From assembly GCA_951406725.2 (NCBI GenBank), contig OX597832.1:54064001-54128000 (forward strand): a stretch of DNA of 64,000 nt, in the 5' to 3' direction. The translations under genes were made by a program, and so were the position numbers. This DNA is from Octopus vulgaris. Lineage: Eukaryota. Numbering within the stretch: the stretch's first letter is position 1; every line of letters starts with the position of its first letter. This document shows positions 28,701 through 41,259 of the stretch, piece after piece. The notes under the pieces are model-generated. The model was given only the letters and a program-made list of their open reading frames with translations. It searched no databases and had not been told where the DNA came from.

Positions 28701-30498
28701 AAGAAGAAAAAAAAAACCAACGATAATTGTTTTTGAAAACAAGCCAGGAATTTAACCTTAGATAATAGTTCCAAAAACGTACAGCTATAATCAAAGAAAT
28801 ATTATAGCAACGTAGGCGCAGACGTTGCTGCGAGGCTGAAAAGCTTGTTTCCTAACCAAGCTGCCTTGGGTTCAATCCCACTGTGCAGCGCCTTGGACAT
28901 GTGTTTTCTCACAGCCCCGGGCCGACCAAAGCCTTGTGAGTGGATTTGGAAGACGGGGATTGAAAAGCATGCGTTTATCAGTGTGTGTATGTATATGTGT
29001 GTCTTTGTGTTGTTTGCCCAACAACCGGTGTTGGTTTGTTTAAAGTACCTGGTTTAGAAATTAAAAACAAAAAGGTACTGGAGTCGATCTGTTCGACTAA
29101 AACGCTTCAAGGTGGTGCCCCAGCATGGCCGCAGTCCAATGAGTGAAGCAAGTGAAAGAAGATGAAAGATGAGTCTAAAATGACTAAAAGGCATTCTTCT
29201 CGATTAATCAATAACTGATAATTGGACTTTTGACTAATGGAAAAATAATTTTTTTTTTTTTTTTAAATGGAGCTTTTACACATGAAGTCATAAATTAGTG
29301 AGAAAACAGTGGCTTCTTTTGTCCTTTATTTCCCCCACCCCCAAATTAAATTTCATTAAACTTGGTTTCATAAAATCAATAAAGACAAACGGGGGGGGGG
29401 GAGTAGAAATAAAAACAACAACACCAAAACAGCGACTGTCGCAAAGAAAACAAGAAGCCATAGAAATGATGAGATCATCTGTTCAAAAGAAGATTTGATG
29501 AAAATGTATATAAAGCTGATTGAATTTTTGAATAGTTAATGATGGAAGTATAGAATTAAGAAAGATGGTTAAATCATCCCGTAACTTAGCGGTTCAGCAA
29601 AAGAGACCGATAGAATAAGTACTAGGCTTGCAAAGAATAAGTCCTAGGGTCGATTTAATTCGACTAAAGGCGGTGCTCCAGCATGGCTACAGTCAAATGA
29701 CTGAAACAAGTAAAAGAATAAAAGAATAAATCCCAATTAAAAATGATCCCCACTCAACGTAAATTGCGAATAAGACAAGTTTCTTTGGTGAAGGGAGAAA
29801 GAATCCCAGAAGAAAAACACCCAAAAGGTTTGTGTAACTCTGGGATGTACCCTAACTTTCCAAAGTCGGTTGGGGGGGAAACTGGTTAAAGAGGAAGACC
29901 AGATGAGAAAATAATTTTAAATAATTATGATTAATAATAATAATAATAATTCTTTGTAATTTTGACACAAAGCCAGCAATTTTCAGGGGAAGAGGTCAGT
30001 TGATTATATCAACCCCAAGTATTCAACTGGTACATTATTTTATCGACCCCGAAGAGATGAATGGCAAACCCTTAGTCATTCCAGCTGTGTCCACCCTCTC
30101 AGTTATTTCAGACACTGTGAGCCCAGGACTACATTATCCAATGTGTCCTGCCTTTTTCAAAGGCATTGATTGAGGTGATTTGAGAGAGAATTAGCTGCTA
30201 TTTCTAACTGGTCAACCAACCACATAAGGTGATTTATAATAATAGACAAAATGTTCTGATTAAATGGAAACTGTGACATTGTAAAAGATATTAGCGACGT
30301 AATGAGAAGATTATGGTTCTAAGGTAACCGAAATCTGGTCGCGAAACTGTTTCGTTGAGATAACTTCGATACAATTATGACAACAGCACCATAGATCATC
30401 TCAAAAGGACGAATTAAAAAAATTAAATTAATCGATAATCAATGATTGAATGATGATAAAAGTAATTCAATAATTATGTACAATATTAATAATCATCA

Positions 30499-30532
<34 letters not shown>

Positions 30533-31444
30533 CTACTTATCTTAAGAGACCAAACTTATCTAATATAAACCCAACGGTTCCGGGTTCAGTCCCACTGCGT
30601 GGCACCTTGGGCAAGTGTCTTCTACTATAGCCTCGGGCCTTGTGAGTGGATTTGCTAGACGGAAACTGAAATCAGAGTAGTTAAATGTAAATTTGTGTCT
30701 GTTAAATTAGAATTTCCAGCAGGAATCTTAGAATATTATTTTAAAATAAAATTTAACAGACACAAATTTACATTTAATTACTCTGATAGAATTTAACTTT
30801 CTAAATATTTACTTAACATTTCAATGGTTAGTTTGTGTAAGATATTATTTACGTTGTAAATAAAAACCCTCCTTAATTCCCTTGAAAATATTTAAGAGAG
30901 ACAAATATAAAAAATATCTATGGAGAAATCAGTGAAACGTAAAAGAAATTACGTTATATATTTTAATGACAAACACCTTTAATATATTTAAGTCTAAATT
31001 ATTTTCGTCAATGATGAAAATGTGTAAGGTTCAAATATCAGCAATTATATTTGTAATAAATTAAAAACCCCCCAAAAGGGAGGCCTATGTCAAGGAGACC
31101 TGTTAAATAGGGTAAGAGGAAATATGCAGAGGAATGTGTAGGGGGTAGATTAGAAAAGGAGGGAAAACGAGGAGTCGACACCATGTGGAGAATTTTTAGT
31201 TATACATATATATATATATCCATGTCCATCTTGATTAAGTCTCATCTGTTGCAGACGTATAAGTTTCTGTTAAAAAAAACAAAAGACTTAGGTAGATGTT
31301 GACACAATATAAACAGTCTACCGAGCATCGTGTATTGCGATGTTATAAGAGATATATTAAAGGATTTACTTAAGGGAGAATTAAAAGGTGAACACATCAA
31401 AATGTTTTAAACGATCCTAAGTAATGATGTATCGCTCTGACATC

Positions 31445-31477
<33 letters not shown>

Positions 31478-31637
31478 TAGATAACACATAGATACATATA
31501 TATATACACACATAGATACATACATATATATACACAGATATACATATATATATATACACATAGATACATATATATATATACACAGATATACATATATATA
31601 TATACACATAGATACATATATATATATATATACACAG

Positions 31638-31668
<31 letters not shown>

Positions 31669-31672
31669 TATA

Positions 31673-31748
<76 letters not shown>

Positions 31749-31995
31749 GATACATATATATATATATACACATAGATACATATATATATATATACACAGA
31801 TATATATATATATATACACATAGATACATATATATATATACACACACATAGATACATACATACATATATATATATACACATAGATACATACATACATACA
31901 CACATATAAACATATATATACATATATATATATATACACACACATATACACATATATATACATATATATATATATATACACACACATATAAACAT

Positions 31996-32026
<31 letters not shown>

Positions 32027-32065
32027 CATATAAACATATATATATATATATATACATATATATAT

Positions 32066-32096
<31 letters not shown>

Positions 32097-32235
32097 CAAA
32101 TATATATATACACACACACATATATAATGTGGGTATATTTATATATATAATATGATGTGCGTATATTTATATATAACGAACAATACATACGTGTATGTGT
32201 ATAAACAAAAACATATATGTTTATATATGTGTTAT
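31445..32235. repeat. Long compound (TA)n/(CA)n/(TAGA) microsatellite
   Basis: About 790 bp of near-continuous alternating purine-pyrimidine repeats. A (TG)-rich block follows at 32755-33125. Confidence 0.95.
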
Positions 32236-33231
32236 ATAAATATGTAACAAACTACAATCATTGGGGGTTTTTTGTAATCTAGATTTACGTCGAAAAGAGT
32301 CGAAATCGAAAAGAAACAGGAATTACAAAGAAAATTCTGGAAGAACACTAATTTTCAATTCATTGATTTGCAAAACGAGAGGCTGGTCGCCCGAAAGATG
32401 GATAATAAACAACATGTCGAACTAATAATGTCCAAGAGTAAATGAGATCGATCCAGTTAGATTCATGTTTAAAACATTTTATACGCACCAAACAGAGAGA
32501 GAGAGAGACAAGTGCTTGCCACAGTCACTGGATCAACTTTCCACCACCATCAATATTAAAATAGTCTTTGTTTAAATTTGACTTCAGTTTTTTTATTTTT
32601 TTTATTGATTGATTGATAGGATGGAAGTGGTGGTGGTGAAAAATAAGGAACAATAGACACGCAGACATTCCTTTAGATATTTCTTTAGTGTGTTGTTAGA
32701 GCAAACAGGGGGAAAACAACATTCCTCTCTCCATAGAAAGAAGACCCATTACATGGTGTGCTTGTTTGTGTGTGTGTGTGTAGGTATTTATCTGTCGATG
32801 TGGTCCATGTATGTGTGTATATTTGTGTCTGTTAGTTGTGTGTGTGTGTGTAGGTATTTATCTGTCTGTGTTCGATGTGTGTGTGTGTGTATTTGTGTCT
32901 GTTGAGTTCGATGTGTGTGTGTGTGTGTCTGTGTGCAGGTATTTGTGCCGTGTTTGATGCGTGCATGTGTCTGTGTGCGTGTGTGTATATATGCAGGTAT
33001 TTATTTGTGTTTGTTGCATTAGATGTGGGTGTGTGTGGCTTATCTGTATCTGTTACGATCACTGTGAGTGCGTGTGAGCATTTATCTGTGTCCGTGTTTG
33101 ATTAGATGTGGGTGTGAGCGCGCGTTTACATGTTACAACAAGATACAACGAAGAAGAATTCCGACGTCGAGACACAAGAAAGAAAGGCGATATACGATAG
33201 CAAACACGGATAAATAACAATAATAACCTAC

Positions 33232-33480
33232 CTGCAAGCTTGTTTGGCAATTAATTCCCCGTTTGCGACAGTGTGGGCGAGGTTTAAACGACTGCCCGAA
33301 ACACTATCAACAGCTTACTACGGAGAAAGTTGTTTCAACAACGACATCATCATACCCATGACGCCATGATCGAATCAAGTCTCGCGATAACTCATTCGCT
33401 TAAACTCTGTTCGATTATTCGCTCATTCCGTTAAACTTTGTTCGATTATTCGTTTGCTCAACTCTTAAACCGGAATACCA
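33232..33480 (-). promoter_or_regulatory. Probable Scm promoter and non-coding first exon
   Basis: Unique CpG-rich sequence ending in a cag|gtaggt donor at 33232/33231. It contains an ATGGCG motif and short uORFs. The TSS is not determinable. Confidence 0.5.
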
Positions 33481-34940
33481 TTCCCATTTTGCGCAACAGT
33501 ATTTCTCCTTCTAAACCAGGAGCTATTATTGTGATTTTTTTTTGTCGTCATCATCATGATGATTATCTTTACATTCTCAGTTCAAATTCCACCGAGGTCC
33601 ACTTTGCTTTTCATCATTTTGTAGGGTCGATAAAATAAGGACCAGTTGAACACGGGGAACGATTTAATCGCCTTAGCCCGTTCCCTAAACCTGCTGGTCT
33701 TGAGCCAAATTTGAAACCATTATTATTTTTATAATTATCTTTGCTTTCTGAGTTCAAATTCCGCCGAGGTCGACTTTGCTTTTCATCATTAAGGAGTCGA
33801 TAAAATAAGATACCTATTTCTTTACTACCCACAAGGGGCTAAACATAGAGGGGACAAACAAGGACAGACATAGGTATTAAGTCGATTACATCGACCCACA
33901 GTGCGTAACTGGTACTTAATTTATCGACCCCGAAAGGATGAAAGGCAAAGTCGACCTCGGCGGATCGATAAAAAAAGATACCTATTTCTTTACTACCCAC
34001 AAGGGGTTAAACACAGAGGGGACAAACAAGGACAGACATAGGTATTAAGTCGATTACATCGACCCCAGTGCGTAACTGGTACTTAATTTATCGACCCCGA
34101 AAGGATGAGAGGCAAAGTCGACTTCGGCGGATCGATAAAATAAGGTACCGTTTAACTACTGACTTCGATGTTATCGACTAGCCTGTTCCTCCAAAATTTC
34201 AGGCTCTGTGCCTGTCGCAAAATGGATTATTATTATTGGCATACCTACACAAATATGCCTCCACTATGATTTTTTTTTACTCTTAACTTTCAGAAAAAAG
34301 GATATTTTTTTAATGAAATTTTCTACAAATACCTTTCAGTGGGGAAAGAAAGTGGTGGGCGCACACGCATACCTAGTGACACACGTCACATATCTACAAA
34401 AAGAAACTTGAAATTTTGAAAAATTGCGTGATGTGTCAGTTTGTGTGTGTGCGCGCACCAACATTTTTTTTAATCTTTTGCTTGTTTCTGTCCGTTAGAC
34501 TGCGGTCGTGTTGGAACACCGCTTTGAAGAATTTTAGTCGAACTAAACAACCCCCGCTGGCTTATTTTATTTTTAAGCCCGGTACTTATACTATCGGTCG
34601 GTTTTGCCCATCCGCTTGATTACGGGGACGTATACACACCAACACCGGTTGTCAAGCGATGGAGGAGGACAAAGGCAGACACAAAAACACACACAAATAT
34701 ATACATATATAGAAAAAAGTGAAAGGGGTACAGATAGATAGATGTAGTGTATATATTCAATAACAAATTAGCAATCTGTATACATATTTAAGGTATATAC
34801 ACCGTATATAAAGTGCAGTATTCATCTCAAGAAAACATCTCTTATAAATGTCTGCCACCACCACCACTGCTCAATGATCAAAGAATAAATATATATTAGC
34901 TACAGAGGCAGGTTTAATACTGAGGGGTAATAATTAACCC

Positions 34941-35164
34941 TACTGAAAAGTGGATGCTCTGTTAGAACAAACTATACTGTGGTACATATCACGAGAGAAA
35001 CTCTCATATTGACTTTTGGTGCAAAATGCATTCTTGTATATATAAATAAAATGTGCTCTCATATAAACAAGAATGCATTTTGCATCAAAAAGCCAATATG
35101 AGAGTTTCTCTCAAGATATCTATCGCAGTATAGTTTGTTCTAACAGAACATCCACTTTTCAGTA
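34941..35164. repeat. Inverted repeat (~100-bp arms)
   Basis: tactgaaaagtggatgctctgttagaacaaactatactg... / ...cagtatagtttgttctaacagaacatccacttttcagta. Confidence 0.9.
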
Positions 35165-35179
35165 AGAATAAATATACTT

Positions 35180-35815
35180 TTCTATTCAGGGCACAGAGCC
35201 TGAAATTTTGGGGGGAGGGGGCCAGTCAATTAGATCGACTCCAGTATGCAACTGGTACTTAATTTATTGACCCTGAAAGGATGAAAGGCAAAGTCAACCT
35301 CGGCAGAATTTGAGCTCAGAATGTAAAGACAGACGAATACTGCTAAGCATTTTGCCCGGCATGCTAACGTTTCTTATTTCTTTATTACCCACAAGGGACT
35401 AAACATAGAGGGGGACAAACAAAGAGATTAAGTCGATTACATCGATTCCAGTGCGTAACTGGTACTTAATTTATCGACCCCAAGAGGATGAAAGGCAAGG
35501 TCGACCTCAGCAGAACTTGAGCTCAGAACATAGCGGCAGACGAATACTGCTAAGCATTTTGCCCAGCATGCTAATGTTTCTTATTTCTTTGTTACCCACA
35601 AGGGGCTAAACATAGAGGGGACAAACAAGGATGGACAAAGGGATTAAGTCAATTACATCGCCCCAGTGCATAACTGGTACTTAATTTATTGACCCCGAAA
35701 GGATGAAAAGCAAAGTTGACCTCAGCGGAATTTGAACTTAGAACATTGCGGCAGACGAAATACTGCTAAGCATTTCGTCCGGCATGCTAACGTTTCTGCC
35801 AGCTCGCCACCTTGG
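35180..35815 (-). mobile_element. Tandem of three tRNA-derived SINE family B copies (octopus OK-like)
   Basis: Repeated gagttcaaattccgccgaggtcgactttgcctttcatcc...gtaccag core. Other copies at ~165-410, 1960-2175, 4345-4555, 4690-4890, 7910-8123, 27540-28140, 33570-34225, 44090-44297, 53780-54200 and 58585-58760. Confidence 0.88.
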
Positions 35816-35954
35816 TGGAAATAAATATTAACTCTCCGTAAAAAAGAAGTTTCTAAAATGGATTAAGAAATTTAAAGAATTGCTTTGGTTCAATGCTAGA
35901 ACGCCTATCTTGTTTAATTGAGTCATGAGTAATTGTTTAAAACAGCAAATTGTA

Positions 35955-36454
35955 TACCGTAAATCCTCGAGTATAATCCGCATTTTTTTCCCAAAATTTA
36001 ATGGTCAAAATCCCCTAGTGTGTAAGATATACAAAGTTAAAAATAAAAAATATTTTCTAAGCAATGTCCGAGTCCCTATTTGCTGTCTGACTGTGTTTAT
36101 TCAGACGCATTTTGTGATGTCGGGCACGAAAATACCTTAAGCTAAGCCTGAAAGCAATGAAGTCATAAAAGAATCATCCATAACTTGCAGTAAACAACAT
36201 TTATTAAATGTTATTACTGTTATTTCTTTATTTTCTGAAAACAAAATGCACAAAAAAGATACACGTTTGCATTATGTTATATGTACAATAATAATAAAGG
36301 ACGTTACCATATACATTTTTACAAACCAAGGACATCATATAGACCTCCTTGACTCAAGTTAGAGAAGGGGTGCGTATTATACACAAAGTTTAGGTTTTTC
36401 AGAAGTACAGCCCCCTAAAAATCCCCTGTGCATTATACTCAAGGATTTACAGTA
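35955..36454. mobile_element. Tc1/mariner (pogo-type) MITE
   Basis: TIRs ta-ccgtaaatcctcgagtataat / attatactcaaggatttacag-ta. Confidence 0.8.
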
Positions 36455-37019
36455 TATCTGATTTTGATTGGAAGATTGCAATTTGCCTACTGTCTATATG
36501 GCATCTATCCCAGTTTGACAGAAAAGAATCTCATGTGTGTGAAGCCAGCAGCTTGCAGATTGTGTTTTAAAGGTTATCATGAAATCAACCAAATATGCAC
36601 TTATACTGGTTTTGAAAGTAAGCTCCTCATTTGTTCAAGACAGGTGTATTGGTTCACATGTTCAACCACATATATACATACGCTTCTCCTTTAAATATAT
36701 TAACTATTGAAGAGTACAAGTATGACTATTACGATGTTCTAATTATGAATATCAGGGTCCATTTGTATGAAACAGTTGTATAGAAAGGTGAAAAATAAGA
36801 ACTATACTCTTTACTCTTTTAATTGTTTAAGCCATTTGACTGTGGCCATGCTGGAGCACTGCCTTTAGTCAAACAAATCGACCCCAGGACTTATTCTTTG
36901 TAAGCCTGGTACTTATTGTATCGGTTTCTTTTGACGAACTGCTAAGTTACTGGGACGTAAACACACCAGCATCGGTTGTCAAGCGATGTTGGAGGGACAA
37001 CACAGACACACAAACAGAT

Positions 37020-37070
<51 letters not shown>

Positions 37071-38240
37071 CGACGGGCTTCTTTCAGTTTCCGTCTACCA
37101 AATCCACTCAAGGCTTTGGTTGGCCTGAGGCTATAGTAAAAGACACTTGCCCAAGCTGCCACGCAGTGGGACTGAACCCGGAACCATGTGGTTCATAAGC
37201 AAGCTACTTACCACACAGCCACTCCTACACCTATAATCCGTTTTAACATCCAGTCTCCTTCATTACATAAATATGAATGAATTTGTTGAACTTTGTTTAA
37301 TAAGTGATGTCATATACTGGTTATTTCAATACAAGCTTTCATACTTTACTTTTGAATTTTTTTTTTAAATTCAAAAGTAAAGTATGAAGAAAAGACATAA
37401 GTAATCTTACAAAAAATTCCAATTTAAGGATGAACAGACATTCATCCGATAAAATATATATATAATATATAATAAATATGGAGTGGCTGTATGGTAAATA
37501 GCTTGCTTCCCAACCACATGGTTCCAGGTTCAGTCCCACTGCATAGCACCTTGGGCAAGTGCCTTCTATTATAGCGTCAGGTTGACCAAAGCCTTGTGAG
37601 TGGATTTCGTAGATGGAAACTGAAAGAAGCCCGTCGTATATATATATGTGTGTCTGTTTGTGTTCCTATTTTTGACTACCAACCATCACTTGACAACTGA
37701 TGTTAGTGTGTTTACGTCCCAGTAACTTAGCAGTTCAGCAAAAGAAACCGATAGAATAAGTACTAGGCTTACAAAGAATAAGTCCTGGGGTTGATTTGTT
37801 CAACTAAAGGCAGTGCTCCAGCATGGCCACAGTCAAATGACTGAAGCAGTAAAGAATATATATATGTACTTGAGAAGACTCGTCAAGCTAAGTGAAATTG
37901 TGGGTTCAAGTCCAAGAGACAGCCTTCAAGTTTTTCTATCCAAAGAGTTTTTTAGTCCAGTATTTACACCCTATTATTTATAGATTTATTTGCTTTGAGA
38001 TACAGTCATTCCAAAAACAATATTAATTCTATACACAATATTTATTTTTCCATGCTAGTCCTATTAAGACTACCTTACAACTGAGACGGTGAAAAAAACA
38101 GTTCAACATGATGAACTGTTAATTCCTACACATTTTTTTCTCTCTCCGTTGTTTTTGGTTCTCTTTCTATTTTTTTTTTCCTCTCAATCCTTTTTGTCAA
38201 AGAGTGTAGGCTCGAAATGTCAGACTTATGAAGAAAGGCT

Positions 38241-38652
38241 ATTTGTCTTATGAAGAAAGGCTGAAGACTCTCGACCTTTATTCTCTAGAAAAACGACTAC
38301 GCCGTGGTGATCTCATTCTTGATCACAACATCATAAGTGGAAAGTGTAACCTTTCGAAAGAGCTATTCTTCACTCCTGCTCCAGAGCGTCAGCTGCGGGG
38401 TCATTCCGAAAAGCTCTATCTGCGACGATTTCATCTCAATCGAAGGAGAGGGGCTTTCTCTGTCCGGGTTGCGGATCCGTGGAATAAGCTGCCGGACGAG
38501 ATGGTGAAGATGCCGACGACCACTTGGTTCAAAGTCTCCCTTGACCACAAGTGGCCTGAACTGTTTACCTGAACACCACCCTGTACATAACTCCATGTCC
38601 CCCTACATGGCCTTGCTTTTTGCTTTTTGAGCCAAAGAATTAACTAACTAAC
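38241..38652 (+). mobile_element. CR1-clade LINE 3' fragment with (TAAC)n tail
   Basis: LSYEERLKTLDLYSLEKRLRRGDLI...LRGH...FSVRVADPWNKLP is the typical CR1 ORF2 C-terminus. Confidence 0.9.
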
Positions 38653-38797
38653 TTTTTCGTTCTTTCCAAGGATCAAACTAATACACCTACTTGCTGTTTC
38701 CTCACCTCTCTTCATCTTTTGTTTTCTGTAAATTTGAACTATATATATGTATAATAGAAATATGTTTCAAAAAGAAAATAGAAACTACACGCGGAAA

Positions 38798-39175
38798 AGA
38801 TATGGGGAAAATAATAATAAAAAAAAAAGCAAATGTGCACATTGAATATAAAATAAAAAAAGGCTTTTTTATGAAAAGTAGCAATAAATAAATACAATTA
38901 GATGAATTGAGGTAGAATTAAATTCATTATTTTGAATTGTTAAAGAGATTCAAAGTCAAATCAATGTCATCATTCCTGTTCACTGGCATTGATTGCACTC
39001 CAGTTTGACTTGGAATCTCTTTAACAATTCAAAATAATGAATTTAATTCCTCTTTAATTCTGCTTCAGTTCATCTAATTGTATTTATTTAACACTACTTT
39101 TCATAAAAAAAAGCCATTATTTTTTTGATATTCAATGTGTATTTTCACTTTTTTTCTTCTTACTTTCCCCATGTC
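38798..39175. repeat. AT-rich inverted repeat / foldback element; similar smaller hairpins at 30671-30787, 40584-40731, 43733-44067 and 47621-47745
   Basis: Arms are reverse-complementary by eye, e.g. aattaaattcattattttgaattgttaaagagatt / aatctctttaacaattcaaaataatgaatttaatt. Confidence 0.85.
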
Positions 39176-39521
39176 TATTATATAAAATCCGTTCTGTCTG
39201 TCTGTCTGTGTGTCTTCTAGGATCTCGGGCATCCTCCATCCGATTGTGCTCAAATTTGATATTTTATTTGATGGAGATTTTCATCAATTGTTACCAATTG
39301 TAAAGACCTAAAACTACAATAATTAAATCTTATCTTTAAAGACCCTCACCCCGCAGTCTTGAACATTCTAGACTTGTTCAAAATATGTGAGCAAGGAAAG
39401 AACCAACGGAATATTTGTTGAAATTTTTGCTTGAGTTTAGGTGTGGAAGAATCGCACCAGAAGTCAACAGTTAAGAATCTGAGGCCGTTGATATAACAAA
39501 TCATACTTTAGTTGAAAATTC

Positions 39522-39954
39522 AGATCTTTTCGGCTTGACCGGCAGTTTTTTAAAATAATTTCCACGTAACTAAACACTTTTAAACTTCGTATACTGGTAG
39601 AATGTGTTTATAAAACATCTTTTTCTCTTAGCTTTATTGAGAAAATTCTATAGTTTGTAAGATATTTGTTGTTTTTTTTCTTCAATTTCTGCAATTTCAA
39701 CCAACCAATGACGTCTATTGAGGTGAAAACATTATGTGCCGTATGAATATGTCCCTCGTTTAAGAAACAGATTGGGTTAATTTACATTTGTGAAGAAAAA
39801 AGATACCCTTCCCCCACCTCTAATCTTAACCCTTACCCTAACCCTAACCCTAAAACAGATTGAAATGCAATAGATCGATACTAGGGTCATAATTATGGGT
39901 GACAATTTCATATGACACCGCTAGAAAGAACTGCCGTTCAAACCGAAAAGATCC
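39522..39954. mobile_element. Unclassified TIR element with internal (TAACCC)n
   Basis: TIRs gatcttttcggcttgaccggcagtt / aactgccgttcaaaccgaaaagatc. Flanks aaattc/aaatta may be a 6-bp TSD. Confidence 0.7.
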
Positions 39955-41259
39955 AAATTACGTCTTCTCCCAAATGTAGTGTCAACGTAAAAGACATCTC
40001 TCGTGTGTCTTTCTATTAATGGTAGTGAAAGCATGGATGGAAATTCTGGGCGCTTTCTTAATAATGAAAAGGATTTGAGCTTTGATGAAGGAAGCTAATA
40101 TAAAAAAAAAAAAAGGAACATGTTACCAACACTCGTATTGTGTCTATAATTGATTTTATTATATTCCGTAGTAAAGATGTTTATTTAAAATTAAATACAC
40201 GTAGACTATAGCAGAACGATAATTATAGATATGCAATAAGATTAAGAATAATTGAATAAGCATGGAACACACACAAAAAAAAATTCAAACGGTTTCGTGT
40301 TTCGTTTAGTTTTAGACGAAACAAATTTTTGCTTTTAGCTTGGTAATTTATTATCGGAAACAGAATTTTTATTATGCGAGTTGTACAAGTTATGTAACTC
40401 GTATCTCTTCTTTGTAAGAGTTAACTCCCTTCCCTCTCCCACACATACACACTCTCTCTTTCTTTCTCTCTCTCTCTCAGATAAATTTATGAATGGTTTA
40501 GTTCATTCTAGAGCTAAATTAAATCTAATTGAGTCGATTACGTGAGCTTTTGATCATCAAACTTGTTACTAAGAATAATAAGGAAATAATTTTATTCTCA
40601 AACGCAGGATAATGCTAATAATATAGGATGAATAGAATAAACTAACCATATTTTTCTGCCAAAATATGCGTAGTTTATCCTGTTCATACTATATTATTAG
40701 TATTATCCTGCATTTGAGAATAAAATTATTTCGTTTTCTTTCAATACATCTCAATGCTTCTAAAGCAAACTTGGTTTACTTTCATAGTTGTTTGAATTTA
40801 CTAAAAAAAAATATTACAGAGCAAGGAAAATATCTAAGCGTCGCCTGATTGGCGTCCGTGTCGGTGATACGCAAAAGCACCAACCGATCGTGGCCGTTTG
40901 CCAGCCAATGCTGGCTCCTGTGCCGGTGGCACGTAAAAAACACCCACACCCACTACACTTACGGAGTGGTTGGCGTTAGGAAGGGCATCCAGCTGTAGAA
41001 ACCCTGCCAAATCAGACTGGAGCCTGGTGCAGCTTCTATGGCTTACCAGACCCCAGTCGAACCGTCCAACCCATGCTAGCATGGAAAACGGACGTTGAAT
41101 GATGATGATGAATTAATGCAAATATGCCAAACATATTCTCCTGACATTTACTAATATAGAATATGTCTTACGGAGATATATAAAACAATGTTTACCAAAT
41201 AATACAAATTATATTTAGTGATTTCAGGCTTGGAGCTAGAAAGATGTCAAGAAGCAAAC

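Noticed and set aside
31397-32188. Long ORFs (263/234/224 aa) rich in Y/I/C/V/M
   Set aside because: Stop-free translations of a TA/CA microsatellite. The same applies to the ORFs at 45.5-47.5 kb and 32.7-33.1 kb.
39820-39852. Interstitial telomere (TAACCC)n
   Set aside because: Only a few degenerate units, and they lie inside a TIR element, so they are not evidence of a chromosome fusion.
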